Shown here in pieces: positions 21,933-32,080 of a stretch of DNA of 64,000 nt. A model generated the notes under the pieces. That model was not told the DNA's origin. It searched no databases and was given only the letters and a program-made list of their open reading frames with translations. The DNA comes from Bdellovibrionales bacterium (lineage in GTDB: Bacteria > Bdellovibrionota > Bdellovibrionia > Bdellovibrionales > UBA1609), in the NCBI GenBank assembly GCA_965219095.1, contig OZ244719.1:192001-256000 (forward strand). The letters run 5' to 3'. The translations under genes and the position numbers were made by a program. Within the stretch, counting starts at the first letter, position 1. The number at the start of each line of letters is the position of its first letter.

Positions 21933-23576
21933 ATGAGCATGAAGTTTTATAAAAGAGCATTTTACCTGCTTTTTTTTGCAAGTATAAGTTTATCTACACT
22001 TAAAGCTCAGTGCCAAGAAAAAATACCTTCATGTCCATCTTCTTACGAAACCAATTATTTTCTCTTTTTAAACCAGAATAAGGAATTAAATAAACAAAAA
22101 GCCTATCAAGCTTATTATGAATCCAAAAAACGAAGACAATGTTTAAAAACCTGGACTGTTCTTATTTACATGCAGGCTGATAATGATCTAGAGTCCTACG
22201 CTCTTTGGGATCTTTATGAAATGGACAGGTACATTAAAGGCTTTAAAAACAAGGGAACTTCAACAGATAAGGTGGATGTTCTTGTAGAACTGGATCTTGC
22301 CAACACTCAAAAAATCCAAAGACTTCATATGTTCCAATCAAACCTTATTTACGGACAAGAATTTTTCCCAAAAACCACTCTTTCTCAAGAAGATTTCAAA
22401 GGTAAAAATATGTTGCGTCTTATTCAAAGTCCTATTGTAAAATTCATAGAAGAAAAACCCCTCAACACCTTTCAATCACAAAAAAAAAGATTTGAAGATT
22501 TTTTGTATTGGGGTACTCAAAATTACCCTTCAGAGTATTATATGGTGATTTTATGGGGGCATGGCAGGGGATATTTCAATGATATAAAGAAATCCCCTCA
22601 AACAAGAGGACAGGTTGAACCCTCTTCCTCCATAGAATCCTCATTTTTAGGGGGTGTGGCTTTTGATTATAGCAATTTATCTTTTTTAGACATCCCTTCC
22701 TTACAGGAAGTCTTACAGAATACCAATAGTCATTTATCTTCTAATCAAAAAATTAATGTTATAGCTATGGATGCCTGTTTAATGCAAACCCTAGAGGTAG
22801 ATTTAAGTTTATCCAAGGAGGTTGATTACATTCTAGCTTCCTCTCAAGTACAAAATTACATGGGGCTTCCCTATAGAGCTTTATGGGATGAACTTAATGA
22901 AAAAGCTGTTAGCTTAACACCCTATGATTGGGTGAAGGCTGTTCCTAAACTCTTTGAAACATTTTTAAAGAAAAAACGTATTTACAAAAGCAAGCTCTGG
23001 AATCAGTCTTCTTCCTCTTTCACTTATAGTGGGATTTCCACAGCTGAGTTAAATATCAAAGGACCTTATATGAATTTCATAAAACTTTTTATGAAATTTT
23101 CTGAAACCCTTCACAATTATTTAAAAAAGGGATCCCCTATGAGAAAAAGCTTTTTTCTTTTAGAGCTTCAAAAAACTCCCTACTTTATAGGAAATTATAG
23201 AGATATTGGAAACTTAATAGGAACTGTTTTGTTATTTTTAGAAACTGAACAGTCTACTAAAAACTGTAATAAAGAGACAAGGATCATCAACAAAGATTAT
23301 GCCATAGGCTGTAAGCTAAAGGAGCAATCCTATGAACTTTTAAATAAGCTCAATATGATTCTAACGACTTACTCTTATGGGGAAAATTATGTTCAAAATG
23401 ACAGAACTAATAAGAAAGACATATATTTTCTAGGGTTTTTTAAAGGGTTTTCTGTCTGGTTTCCTGATTCACAACAAAAATTTAATTTAAGCTGGGATTA
23501 CATGAAAGCCTCTCCTCTTCTAAAATATGAAAATCCGTGGAAAGATTTATTGATCTATCTTTTTAAGAAAAATTAA
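21933..23576 (+). CDS. secreted clostripain-family (C11) cysteine peptidase
   Basis: Signal peptide; WTVLIYMQADNDLE, LWGHG (His), DACLM (Cys). Confidence 0.88.
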   Translation: MSMKFYKRAFYLLFFASISLSTLKAQCQEKIPSCPSSYETNYFLFLNQNKELNKQKAYQAYYESKKRRQCLKTWTVLIYMQADNDLESYALWDLYEMDRYIKGFKNKGTSTDKVDVLVELDLANTQKIQRLHMFQSNLIYGQEFFPKTTLSQEDFKGKNMLRLIQSPIVKFIEEKPLNTFQSQKKRFEDFLYWGTQNYPSEYYMVILWGHGRGYFNDIKKSPQTRGQVEPSSSIESSFLGGVAFDYSNLSFLDIPSLQEVLQNTNSHLSSNQKINVIAMDACLMQTLEVDLSLSKEVDYILASSQVQNYMGLPYRALWDELNEKAVSLTPYDWVKAVPKLFETFLKKKRIYKSKLWNQSSSSFTYSGISTAELNIKGPYMNFIKLFMKFSETLHNYLKKGSPMRKSFFLLELQKTPYFIGNYRDIGNLIGTVLLFLETEQSTKNCNKETRIINKDYAIGCKLKEQSYELLNKLNMILTTYSYGENYVQNDRTNKKDIYFLGFFKGFSVWFPDSQQKFNLSWDYMKASPLLKYENPWKDLLIYLFKKN

Positions 23577-23580
23577 TGTA

Positions 23581-23654
23581 TATAGTGAATACGCTTAGAT
23601 TTTCCGGTCGATTCTTTAGAGAAAAAACCTGAAAACTTAAACGGAAGCACTATA
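23581..23654. mobile_element. about 70-bp IS630-related miniature element, copy 1
   Basis: TAGTGAATACGCTTAGATTTTC...GAAAACTTAAACGGAAGCACTA flanked by TA; second copy at 40775. Confidence 0.7.
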
Positions 23655-24740
23655 TAGTGCTTCCGCTTAGGTTTTCCGTTTTTTTTTGAGTTGAGGTCTA
23701 GTTTTTATTCTAAGGCCTTGATAAAAAGTCATTTATTTTTAAAAATAGTTTCATATGTCAGGGTTTCTATCAAAAAAAGAGCGAAAAGATTTACTCTATG
23801 AACTATCTCTAGAGAAAAATCTTAAATACGCAAAAAGGATTATGACAATCCTCCATTTAGATAAAGGTAAGTTGTGTAAAGATATTGCCTGCTTTCTTTT
23901 CATTGATGAGGGCACGATAAGAGCCTGTAGAGATCGTTATAACAAAGGTGGGATAGAGTGCTTAATCAACGACAATTATAACCCTAAAAGGTCCTTTTTA
24001 ACTAAGAAAGAGGAGAAAATGCTTTTAAAGGAATTAGAGAAAAGAATTTTTCCATCATCACAGACCGTTATTCAGTTCATTGAGGAGAATTTTGGTGTTA
24101 CGTACTCAACAAGTGGTGTAATTGATCTTCTCCATCGCCTTGGTTTTTCTTATAAAAAAGCCACAGCGATACCGGGTAAGGTAAAGAAAGAAGAGCAGGA
24201 AAAGTTTGTGCGTAAATACAAGAGAATTAAGAAGAAAGACGGTCCTGTTTACTTTGCTGATTCCACACATCCTAAGTGGGGCCCTACGATTTCATATGGT
24301 TGGATAAGAGAGGGTAAGAAGTTTGAAGTGAAGACCAATTCAGGCTGGAGAAAAAGAGTGAATGTTTGTGGAGCTATTGAGATCAATAGTTTGAAGACGG
24401 TAGTCAGGAGTTATAAGACAGTTAACGAAGTTTTTCTATGTGATATGCTCTATCATATTCATTAAGAAGTATTCCGATGAAAAAGAGATTCATCTTATCT
24501 TAGATGGGGCCGGATACAATAGATCGAAGTCTGTCAAGAAGTTCGCGAAAGAGTTGAATATAAAACTTGTTTATCTTCTTCCGTACTCACCGAATTTAAA
24601 TCCTATAGAAAGGCTTTGGAAGTTTATGAAAAAAGAGGTCACGGCGAATCGATATTATGAAAACTATGACGATTTCAAGGGAAGTTTAAGTCAATTTTTT
24701 AGAGGAATACGAAAACACAGGCCTAAATTAGAAACTTTTA
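23655..24740 (+). mobile_element. IS630 type A, frameshifted and 3'-truncated
   Basis: Left end TAGTGCTTCCGCTTAGG; ORFs 23755..24465 and 24440..; FAD, LDGA, YSPNLNPIERLW. Confidence 0.85.
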
Positions 24741-24796
24741 AAAAACTTTGGAAGATAGAAGAATCGTTTCGAATCAACAAACACACTCTTAAAATG

Positions 24797-27714
24797 GGCT
24801 CCTCCCGGGAATCTGTGGGTGAAAAGTAGTAGAAATCCTCCAAAAAGGCTCATATTAATCAAAGTAAGAGTAAGACATCCTATCTTGTATTTTTGAGTTC
24901 TTTGAGGCCTTTACTGGCCTCTATCACCTCCGGTGATTGAACTCAAAAACATTCTTTTATTTGCTGTATTACATTAAAATTTTAAAAAAGAAGCACCTAC
25001 TTCCCAGATGCCTTAAAATGTTATTCAAAAAAAAAAAAAAAAGGAGGGAAGAGATGCTTTTGAAGACTATACTAAATGATTGTTTAAAATGGAAGTCTTT
25101 TGTATACGGAGACATTTATTTTTCAAAAGATAGAAAGTCAATTAATGTTCCTATTAAGGCTCGTAAAAATGGCCAAGCTTTTTGTAGTGTTTGTAAGAAG
25201 CTCTGTTCAGTGTATGACAGCAGTAATACCATTTCCAAAAATTAATTCGACATTCTTTTAACGCATAGCGTCCTGGCTTTTTGATCAAACTCTGTTAAAT
25301 TTTTAGAGTGTCGAAAAAAGATTTAGTTACACAGATTCAAGGGTATAATTTTCTAGCTACTTACAAAGTAGAAAGAAGTGCCAACATCAAGATAAAACTC
25401 CAAGCTTTGCAGCATATGCAAGAAGGAAAATCGATTCAAGAAACAGCAAGTATAGTTTTCTATCACAGTCACAGTATCAAATCCTGGTTACAGTCTTTTG
25501 TAGACTTTGATTACGAGGGGTTGATAGATCGAGAAGGCAGAGGGCGCAAGCCTCGTTTACCAGTGACAGAAGAAGAGAACTTCAAAATCAAGTTAGATGA
25601 AATTCAAGACACAAGAGAAGGAGGAAGCATAGGAGCAAAGGGAATACAGGAACTTTTAGCAAATGAATTTGACTGTTGCTATTCTCTTTCTGGGGTTTAT
25701 GCTCTTTTAGACCGTCTTAATATTGTATGGATCAGTGGTCGTTCTCTTCATCCTAAAACTTCACAAGAAGCTATGGAACAGTTTAAGGAACATTTTCCAG
25801 AAGAGGTGGAGAAAATAAAGGAAAAGATTCAGACTCATAAAATAGAGATTTGGTGGCAGGATGAATGCAGAATAGGCCAGCAAGGTTCTTTAAGCAGGAT
25901 TTGGGCAAGAAAAGGCACACGACCTAGAGTTGTGAGACAAAGACAATTTTTATCCACTTATATTTTTGGAGCAGTTTGTCCGGATAAAGATAAAGGCTGT
26001 GCTTGGGTTTTACCGGAATGTAATTCAGGGATGATGCAAATTCACTTAGATGAGATATCTAAAAATATTCAAGAAAACTATCATGGAATTGTTTTAATGG
26101 ACAGAGCCAGTTGGCATACCACAGAGACTTTGATAGTTCCTAAGAATTTATCCCTGATGCCTTTACCTCCTTATAGTCCAGAATTAAATCCCATGGAACA
26201 AGTCTGGCAACAATTACGAAGGATCAAATTATCGAATGCATGTTTTAAAAACTATGACCATATACTGAATACTTGTTGTGAGGCCTGGAATACTTTTTGC
26301 GATCAGGAGGGCAGGATTAAAAAATTATGCACTCGATCTTGGGCAAAACAACAAGATGAATCAAGCTTGTAAATTAATTTGAACCTATAAATTAAATTGC
26401 GTAACTGATTTTTTTCATTTTACATCTTAACCTCACTTTTTTACACTTATTTTAACCCATCAATCGATTCACACAACAATAGATATACATAAAATAAACA
26501 TATCTTATGAAAACTCAACCTCCCTTCAAAAAAAACTTTTTTAAAGCCTCCTAATTGAAACTTTTCCTTAAGTCAATTTTAAAATTTTAAATTTGAACAT
26601 GAAAATGTCGAATTAATTTCTGTAATTGGTATAAATCATCACGGGACTTTGAATCCCTTCCTATTTTAAGTTACAGGGTGTTTTTTGTTTATTTTGTAAG
26701 AAGAGTTAATTGTCCTTGCTGTGGGGTAAAAGTTGAGTATTTACCTTGGGCCGATGGTAAGAAGAGTTTAACGATCTTTTACATGAAGTACTTAGCAGAC
26801 TGGTGTCGTCACCTGTCTTGGAAAGAGGTTTCTTGTAAGTTTCATGTCAGTTGGAATCAGGTCTATGCTTCGGTAGAATGGGTCGTAGAATATGGTTTAA
26901 AACAAAGGGTTTTAAAGGGAATACAAGCTATAGGTGTAGATGAAATACAATGGAAAAAGAACCATCAGTATCTCACCTTAGTCTATGAAATAAGCAAAGA
27001 AAGTGTTCGTTTGCTATGGATAGGAGAAAAAAAACAGAAAAGAGTTTTAGAAAATTCTTTGATTTACTAGGAGAGAAGTCAAAAGAGATACGGTTTGTGT
27101 GCTCTGACATGTGGAAGCCTTATTTAAAAGTCATAAAGGAGAGGGCAAGTCAAGCTTTGAATATATTAGATCGGTTTCATATCGTAGCAAGACTCAATAA
27201 GGCTTTAGACGAAGTGAGAGCTTCAAAACACAAAAAAATGAAAGAAGATGGGTATGAACCCCTTTTAAGAAAAGCTAGATGGCCCTTGTTAAAAAATGCA
27301 GAAAATTTAAAATCTTATGAAAAAGTAAAATTAAGGCATTTAATACAGTACAATTTAAAAAGTATCCGCTGTTATCTTTTAAAAGAAGACTTCCGACAGT
27401 TATGGACCTATGTTTCACCAACTTGGGCTGGTAAATTTATAGACAGTTGGACGAGACGAGTCATGCTTTCAAAAATTGAACCTATGAAAAGAGAAGCAAA
27501 AACCATACGAAGACATAAGCTACTTATTCTTAATTACTTCAAGGCTAAAAAAACCTTCTCCTCAGGGATTGTAGAGGGTTTAAACAACAAAGTAAAACTC
27601 ACTATGAGAAAATCTTACGGCTTTAGAACCTCTAAAGCTATAAAAATCGCCTTATATCATAACCTTGGAAAACTGCCAGAACCTCCGGGAACCCACAGAT
27701 TCTTTTGAGGAGGC
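24797..27714 (+). mobile_element. ISL3 element, interrupted by IS630 type B and frameshifted
   Basis: GGCTCCTC..GAGGAGGC ends, 8-bp TSD TTAAAATG; IGVDE, SDMWKPY, DRFH, EGLNNKVK. Confidence 0.9.
25224..26633 (+). mobile_element. IS630 type B, apparently intact; transposase 25308..26372
   Basis: IRs ATACCATTTCCAAAAATTAATTCGACATT / AATGTCGAATTAATTTCTGTAATTGGTA, TA duplication; QDE, MDRA, PYSPELNPME. Confidence 0.92.
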
Positions 27715-28115
27715 TTAAAATGAGACCTATCTTTCACCAGATTTCAAGAAGAATAAGAGCCCACATTTTGATCTGCTATCTTTCTTATATTGTCTTAAGG
27801 TATACAGAGCTTTCTTTGAAATCAAAAGGCTTAAATTATGGAGTAGAAACCTTAATTAGAATATTATGTGAGGTGGAAAAGTGGATTCTAAAGAATTCAA
27901 AAACAAAACAAAAATATATGATCTTTAAAGAACTATCGAAAGAGGCTAAGAAAATTTACCAAGCTTTTGATATTCAAAGACAGGAGCTTGCATATCGACT
28001 AGAAAACACCTAAGCTCTTGACTATAGCGAAAAGTGTTGCGTGTCCTGAAAATTAAAAATCTTGTAATATTAGGTGGTTAGAAGTTGCGCACTGCTCCGA
28101 ACCGATAAAGTCAGG
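27715..28115 (+). mobile_element. IS1634 3' remnant, continuing about 24740-24796 across the ISL3 insertion
   Basis: LWKIEESFRINKHTLK|MRPIFH..RIRAHILIC; ends in TCAGG. Confidence 0.75.
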
Positions 28116-28201
28116 ATAAAGTCAGGAAAAAATATAAAATGCATTGATTCACTTTTTGATAAACATTTTAAACTCATCAATAATCTTTTTTGTAATTGGT
28201 G

Positions 28202-29323
28202 TTACTCATCATAAAGGAATTTTAGTTTTACAGTCTTAGAATAAGGGACAGCTTGGCAAGTGAGAGCTTTTTTTTCGTTAATATCAGAATCTGTCAAGAT
28301 AGCTTGTTCATCTTGCTTTACAAGACCTTCTTCAACTATAGCTGCACAAGATGTACAAGCCCCTGCCATACAAGAAAAAGGGGGACTATAACCTTCATTT
28401 AAAAAAGTCTCTAATATGTTCATATCTTTTTTTGCATTTACTTTCACTTCCTCACCATCTAAAAAAGCCACTAAAGTTTCTGGAGAAAGGGAGGGTTCTC
28501 CCGTACCTATAAATACACTTTCAGAATCTAACAAAGTTTTAGAATGATGATCTGAAAGTTCTTTCTTAGGCTCTGTAGGATGAGGAGCATGGTACCATTC
28601 TATATGAATTCTTTTCTCTTCAATTCCACAATCAAGAATAGTTTTTTGAGCTGTTTTCATCATGATTTCAGGACCGCAAATATAAAATGTCATAGGAAGT
28701 ATTTTTGTTTTTAAGTCCTCAACCATTTCTTTTATATCTTCTTCTGATATTCTGCCTCTTCGACCTTCCCACTTGTTAGAGGCTTGGCTTAAAAAATGTG
28801 TTACAAAAAGACGATTTTTATACTTTTCTTCTAAAGAATCTAACTCCTTTTTAAAAATGATATCTTCCTCAAATCGATTTCCGTAAAAAAGTGTTGCTTT
28901 ATTATCTTTGTTCTCAATAAGTACTGTTTTCAAAATACTAAAAAGAGGGGTGATGCCACTTCCGGCCCCTATTAAAACGTAATGAAGAGATTCTATGTTT
29001 TCACTTGTATCAAAGAAATGACCTTGAGGAGTTGTAACCTCTAAAAAATCTCCTTCTTTAAGACTATCGACTACATAAACAGAGGTTTTGCCACGAGGGA
29101 TTTTTTTTACAGCAAATTCCATGTCTTGATCTGTATAAGGACATGAGGCAATAGAATAGCCTCTTCCAATTTTACGACCATCAATGTTTAAAATAGCTGT
29201 TAAATATTGGCCACAGACATAATGAAAAACTGACTTTAATTCCTTAGGTATTTCTAGAGTGAAAATAGTTGCGTTATCTGATATATTTTCTTTTTTCTTA
29301 ATTTTTAACCTATGGGTTTTCAT
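28202..29323 (-). CDS. PaaE/KshB-like FAD-NAD(P)H oxidoreductase with C-terminal 2Fe-2S ferredoxin
   Basis: RGYSIAS, GAGSGITP, YICGP, CMAGACTSC..C. Confidence 0.9.
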   Translation of the reverse strand: MKTHRLKIKKKENISDNATIFTLEIPKELKSVFHYVCGQYLTAILNIDGRKIGRGYSIASCPYTDQDMEFAVKKIPRGKTSVYVVDSLKEGDFLEVTTPQGHFFDTSENIESLHYVLIGAGSGITPLFSILKTVLIENKDNKATLFYGNRFEEDIIFKKELDSLEEKYKNRLFVTHFLSQASNKWEGRRGRISEEDIKEMVEDLKTKILPMTFYICGPEIMMKTAQKTILDCGIEEKRIHIEWYHAPHPTEPKKELSDHHSKTLLDSESVFIGTGEPSLSPETLVAFLDGEEVKVNAKKDMNILETFLNEGYSPPFSCMAGACTSCAAIVEEGLVKQDEQAILTDSDINEKKALTCQAVPYSKTVKLKFLYDE

Positions 29324-29953
29324 TTAAAAACGTCTCATCAAGCTTACTACAAAACCTTCAATACGAACCTGATCATAACTATAGTACAAAGATTCCATAC
29401 CTTCACAAGAAGGTCTTAATTCAATACAATCTTTATGTTTGTACATTTTTTTAACTGTAGCACCTTCTTCAACACTAGCTACAACAAGGCTTCCGTTATC
29501 GTAGTGAATCTTTTTTCGGATCAAAAGAACATCTCCTTCTAAAATACCTTCATCGATCATAGATTGTCCTTCCACTTCAAGAGCAAAAATATCTTTATGA
29601 TTTTGTGTCAAATGATCTGAAACCTCTATAAATTCACCTGAGTGAACTCTTTCTAAAGGACGTCCTGCAGCGACTTTTCCTAAAAAAGCAATGACGTTTG
29701 CGGAAAAAGCTTCATTCTTTGAGGGTTTAAAGTTGTGAGAACGTAAAACTTTTAAGGCACGTTTTTTATTTTGCCCCGGAGAATAAAGGTATCCTTTCTT
29801 TTGAAGTTGTTTAATGTATTTTTGCACTGAATTGATAGAAGCATATTGAAAGTGCTCTTGTATTTCTATAAAAGAAGGGGAATAACCTCGATCTTCATAA
29901 AACGTTTCTACAAATTGTAAAAAATCTTTCTCTTTAGGCGTAAGAGATGTCAT
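29324..29953 (-). CDS. lexA: SOS repressor LexA (start MTSLTPK after GGAGG)
   Basis: GYSPS..EI HTH, VAAG cleavage site, GQSM Ser, TVK Lys. Confidence 0.92.
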   Translation of the reverse strand: MTSLTPKEKDFLQFVETFYEDRGYSPSFIEIQEHFQYASINSVQKYIKQLQKKGYLYSPGQNKKRALKVLRSHNFKPSKNEAFSANVIAFLGKVAAGRPLERVHSGEFIEVSDHLTQNHKDIFALEVEGQSMIDEGILEGDVLLIRKKIHYDNGSLVVASVEEGATVKKMYKHKDCIELRPSCEGMESLYYSYDQVRIEGFVVSLMRRF

Positions 29954-30048
29954 ACATACGTACCTCCTCCTTTTTTCTTTCTTCAGAATAGATGTAAGTT
30001 TTTTATAAGTCAAGATAAAAAGCAGTTAGGAGTAAAAAAACACCTTTA

Positions 30049-30717
30049 TCACCAAAATAATGTAAAATGACCTTTTAAAACTTTATTGATCTCTTTCTTT
30101 TTAAGAACGAGGTTGTCTCTTGACGAAGGGGCTCTTACCATTTTTAATGAATAAAGTACCCACCTTTTAGGCCAAAAACCATAAAAATTCTTCATGGTCA
30201 AAGTGCTTTGTTCCCCTAACAAAACAGGAACCCTTAGGTCGGCTTTCTTCAACTCCTTTTTATTAGGTAGCAAAACCTCTTTGATCATCTCAGAGTTTCT
30301 ATTGTACTGGCAAGGAATCACAATATGCATTTCCACAGGTGCTCCTGAAACGGAAAGTCCATCTCCATGAAACTTAAGTTTTATGAAGCGATAAAAATCG
30401 CAGGCAAACTCTTTTTTCCCTAAAGCGTTAATTCTTATAAAATGCCCTAAAGCAATGGATTGTTGATCTCCTTTTTGAATCGTTTTAGCTCCCAGCAACA
30501 ATCTTCTGATACTTGCACTCTTAAAATGAACACCCTTAAATTGAGAGATATCTAATTTAGATTCAATGGCCGCAAGCTCACGATGATCTCCTCCCTCTTC
30601 CGAAAAAGGATAAAAAAAGACCTTTCCATCCCAAGAGTTTAAAGTAAAAAATCCCCCTAAAGCCATACCAAGAAGCAAAACACTAAGTGCTAAAAACCCT
30701 CTTTTCATTCCTTTCAT
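30049..30717 (-). CDS. membrane-anchored hypothetical protein
   Basis: 222-aa ORF with N-terminal hydrophobic segment and SD. Confidence 0.7.
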   Translation of the reverse strand: MKGMKRGFLALSVLLLGMALGGFFTLNSWDGKVFFYPFSEEGGDHRELAAIESKLDISQFKGVHFKSASIRRLLLGAKTIQKGDQQSIALGHFIRINALGKKEFACDFYRFIKLKFHGDGLSVSGAPVEMHIVIPCQYNRNSEMIKEVLLPNKKELKKADLRVPVLLGEQSTLTMKNFYGFWPKRWVLYSLKMVRAPSSRDNLVLKKKEINKVLKGHFTLFW

Positions 30718-31142
30718 CCCTCTTTTTATTCTATAGGATTTCCACCAAAAAAAAAGCCCTACTCGCTAAAAGACTTGTTTAGGGACAGCTTTGTTTCAAG
30801 AGAGAATCTGAACAAAACCCCTAGGAGTACAAAAAAGAAAATAAGGGATAATACCAATTACAGAAATTAATTCGACGGTAAATCAAAAAGACAGGTCACT
30901 GGTTTAAGCCATGATAGTGACCCTAAAGTACTTGCAGAAGGAGGTGAGCTTTTCGAGACAAATTCTAAACCCTTTAGCTGGCCTGGTTTTTAAGGCCTCA
31001 AAGGGTGTGTTTTCCCTTTTTTTTCGATTAAGCCTGTATTTTTGTGAAGGCTTACTCGAAAAAAAGGAAAAAGCAAAAAAAAGATGTAAAATAGGATTTC
31101 AAGACTTTATTTATAAATAAACCAACAAAGGAGGAAAATAAA

Positions 31143-31754
31143 ATGTATGATCACTATATAGCCGTAGATTGGGCACAAAGTAACATGGCCATTTCAAGGA
31201 TGACAGGCAAATCAAAAGATATTAAGACTATGGACACGATTTCAGATCTTGGGAATCTTCGTGCCTATTTAAAAACTCTGAAAGGTAAGAAGATATTGAC
31301 TATATGAAGCAGAGTTTAAGAGGCTAAGTAAAAAACACAAAGATATTAGCAATCTTAGTAGCATTCCAGGAATTGGTTCTATCAAGGCTATCAAGATTGT
31401 AGCCAGGGTTGTAGTGCCTCACCGATTTAAACGTAATTCCTGGTGGAGTGGACTGCGGACTTGTAAAGCTACATAAAATGAGTAGTGGAAGGTCTTATGG
31501 AACTAAGAAGTCTAGGTTTTGCCCACAAATGAAAAGTGTTTTTAAGATAGCTGCACTCTCAGTTATAGGAAATAACAATGAATTTAATGATTTTTATGAA
31601 GAATTGATCAAAAAAAATTTACCACCACACACTGCTAGAAATGCTACCAACTAGAAGAATTGCAGCTTTAACTTTAGGTGTTTTCAAGTCTGGGAAAAAA
31701 TATAAACCTTATGGAGAACGTAAAAATGTAAATAATAATAAAACAACCTTATAA
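31143..31754 (+). pseudogene. IS110 recombinase pseudogene (internal deletion, stops, frameshifts)
   Basis: GGAGG SD; MYDHYIAVDWAQ (RuvC-like Asp); SIPGIG..HRFK..CGL..SSG C-terminal domain; RRIAALTLGV. Confidence 0.82.
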
Positions 31755-31769
31755 AATCATCTGTTTAAA

Positions 31770-32080
31770 GTTTCTTGCATAGTAAGTAACAATACAAATA
31801 ATGACTTTATGAGGTGAGGATAGATAGCTTAAGTAGAGTGATATTTATAAAAAATTCATTTCGACGAATAGCACATCCTCTATTCCTGAAATTTACTATA
31901 ATCTAAGGTTTTAAATCTTTGGAATTCATGATTTAAAACTAAAAAAGGTTCAGATAGACGCATAATAGGAATATGTTTTTTTTACAATGTGTAAAGGAAG
32001 AGTCATTAAAAAATGGAAAGGAAATGCAGGAAGTTTTTTCTTAGGTGATTAGAATATTCGTGACTGTATGCAAAAAAAAT
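31770..32080 (+). ncRNA. predicted bridge/seek RNA of the IS1111-group element
   Basis: Stems TAATGACT/AGTCATTA, GAGGAT/ATCCTC, TATTCCT/AGGAATA, GTTTTAAATC/GATTTAAAAC; loop segments match target and donor; boundaries approximate. Confidence 0.65.

Noticed and set aside
26373..26600. Possible small hydrophobic peptide on the minus strand of the IS630-B 3' region
   Set aside because: SD spacing is wrong for the candidate starts and the frames are very short
29950..30020. LexA box upstream of lexA
   Set aside because: No convincing palindrome matching a LexA motif I know
30911..31120. 69-aa ORF in the IS1111-group left region
   Set aside because: No SD or recognisable motif; cannot be supported as a gene
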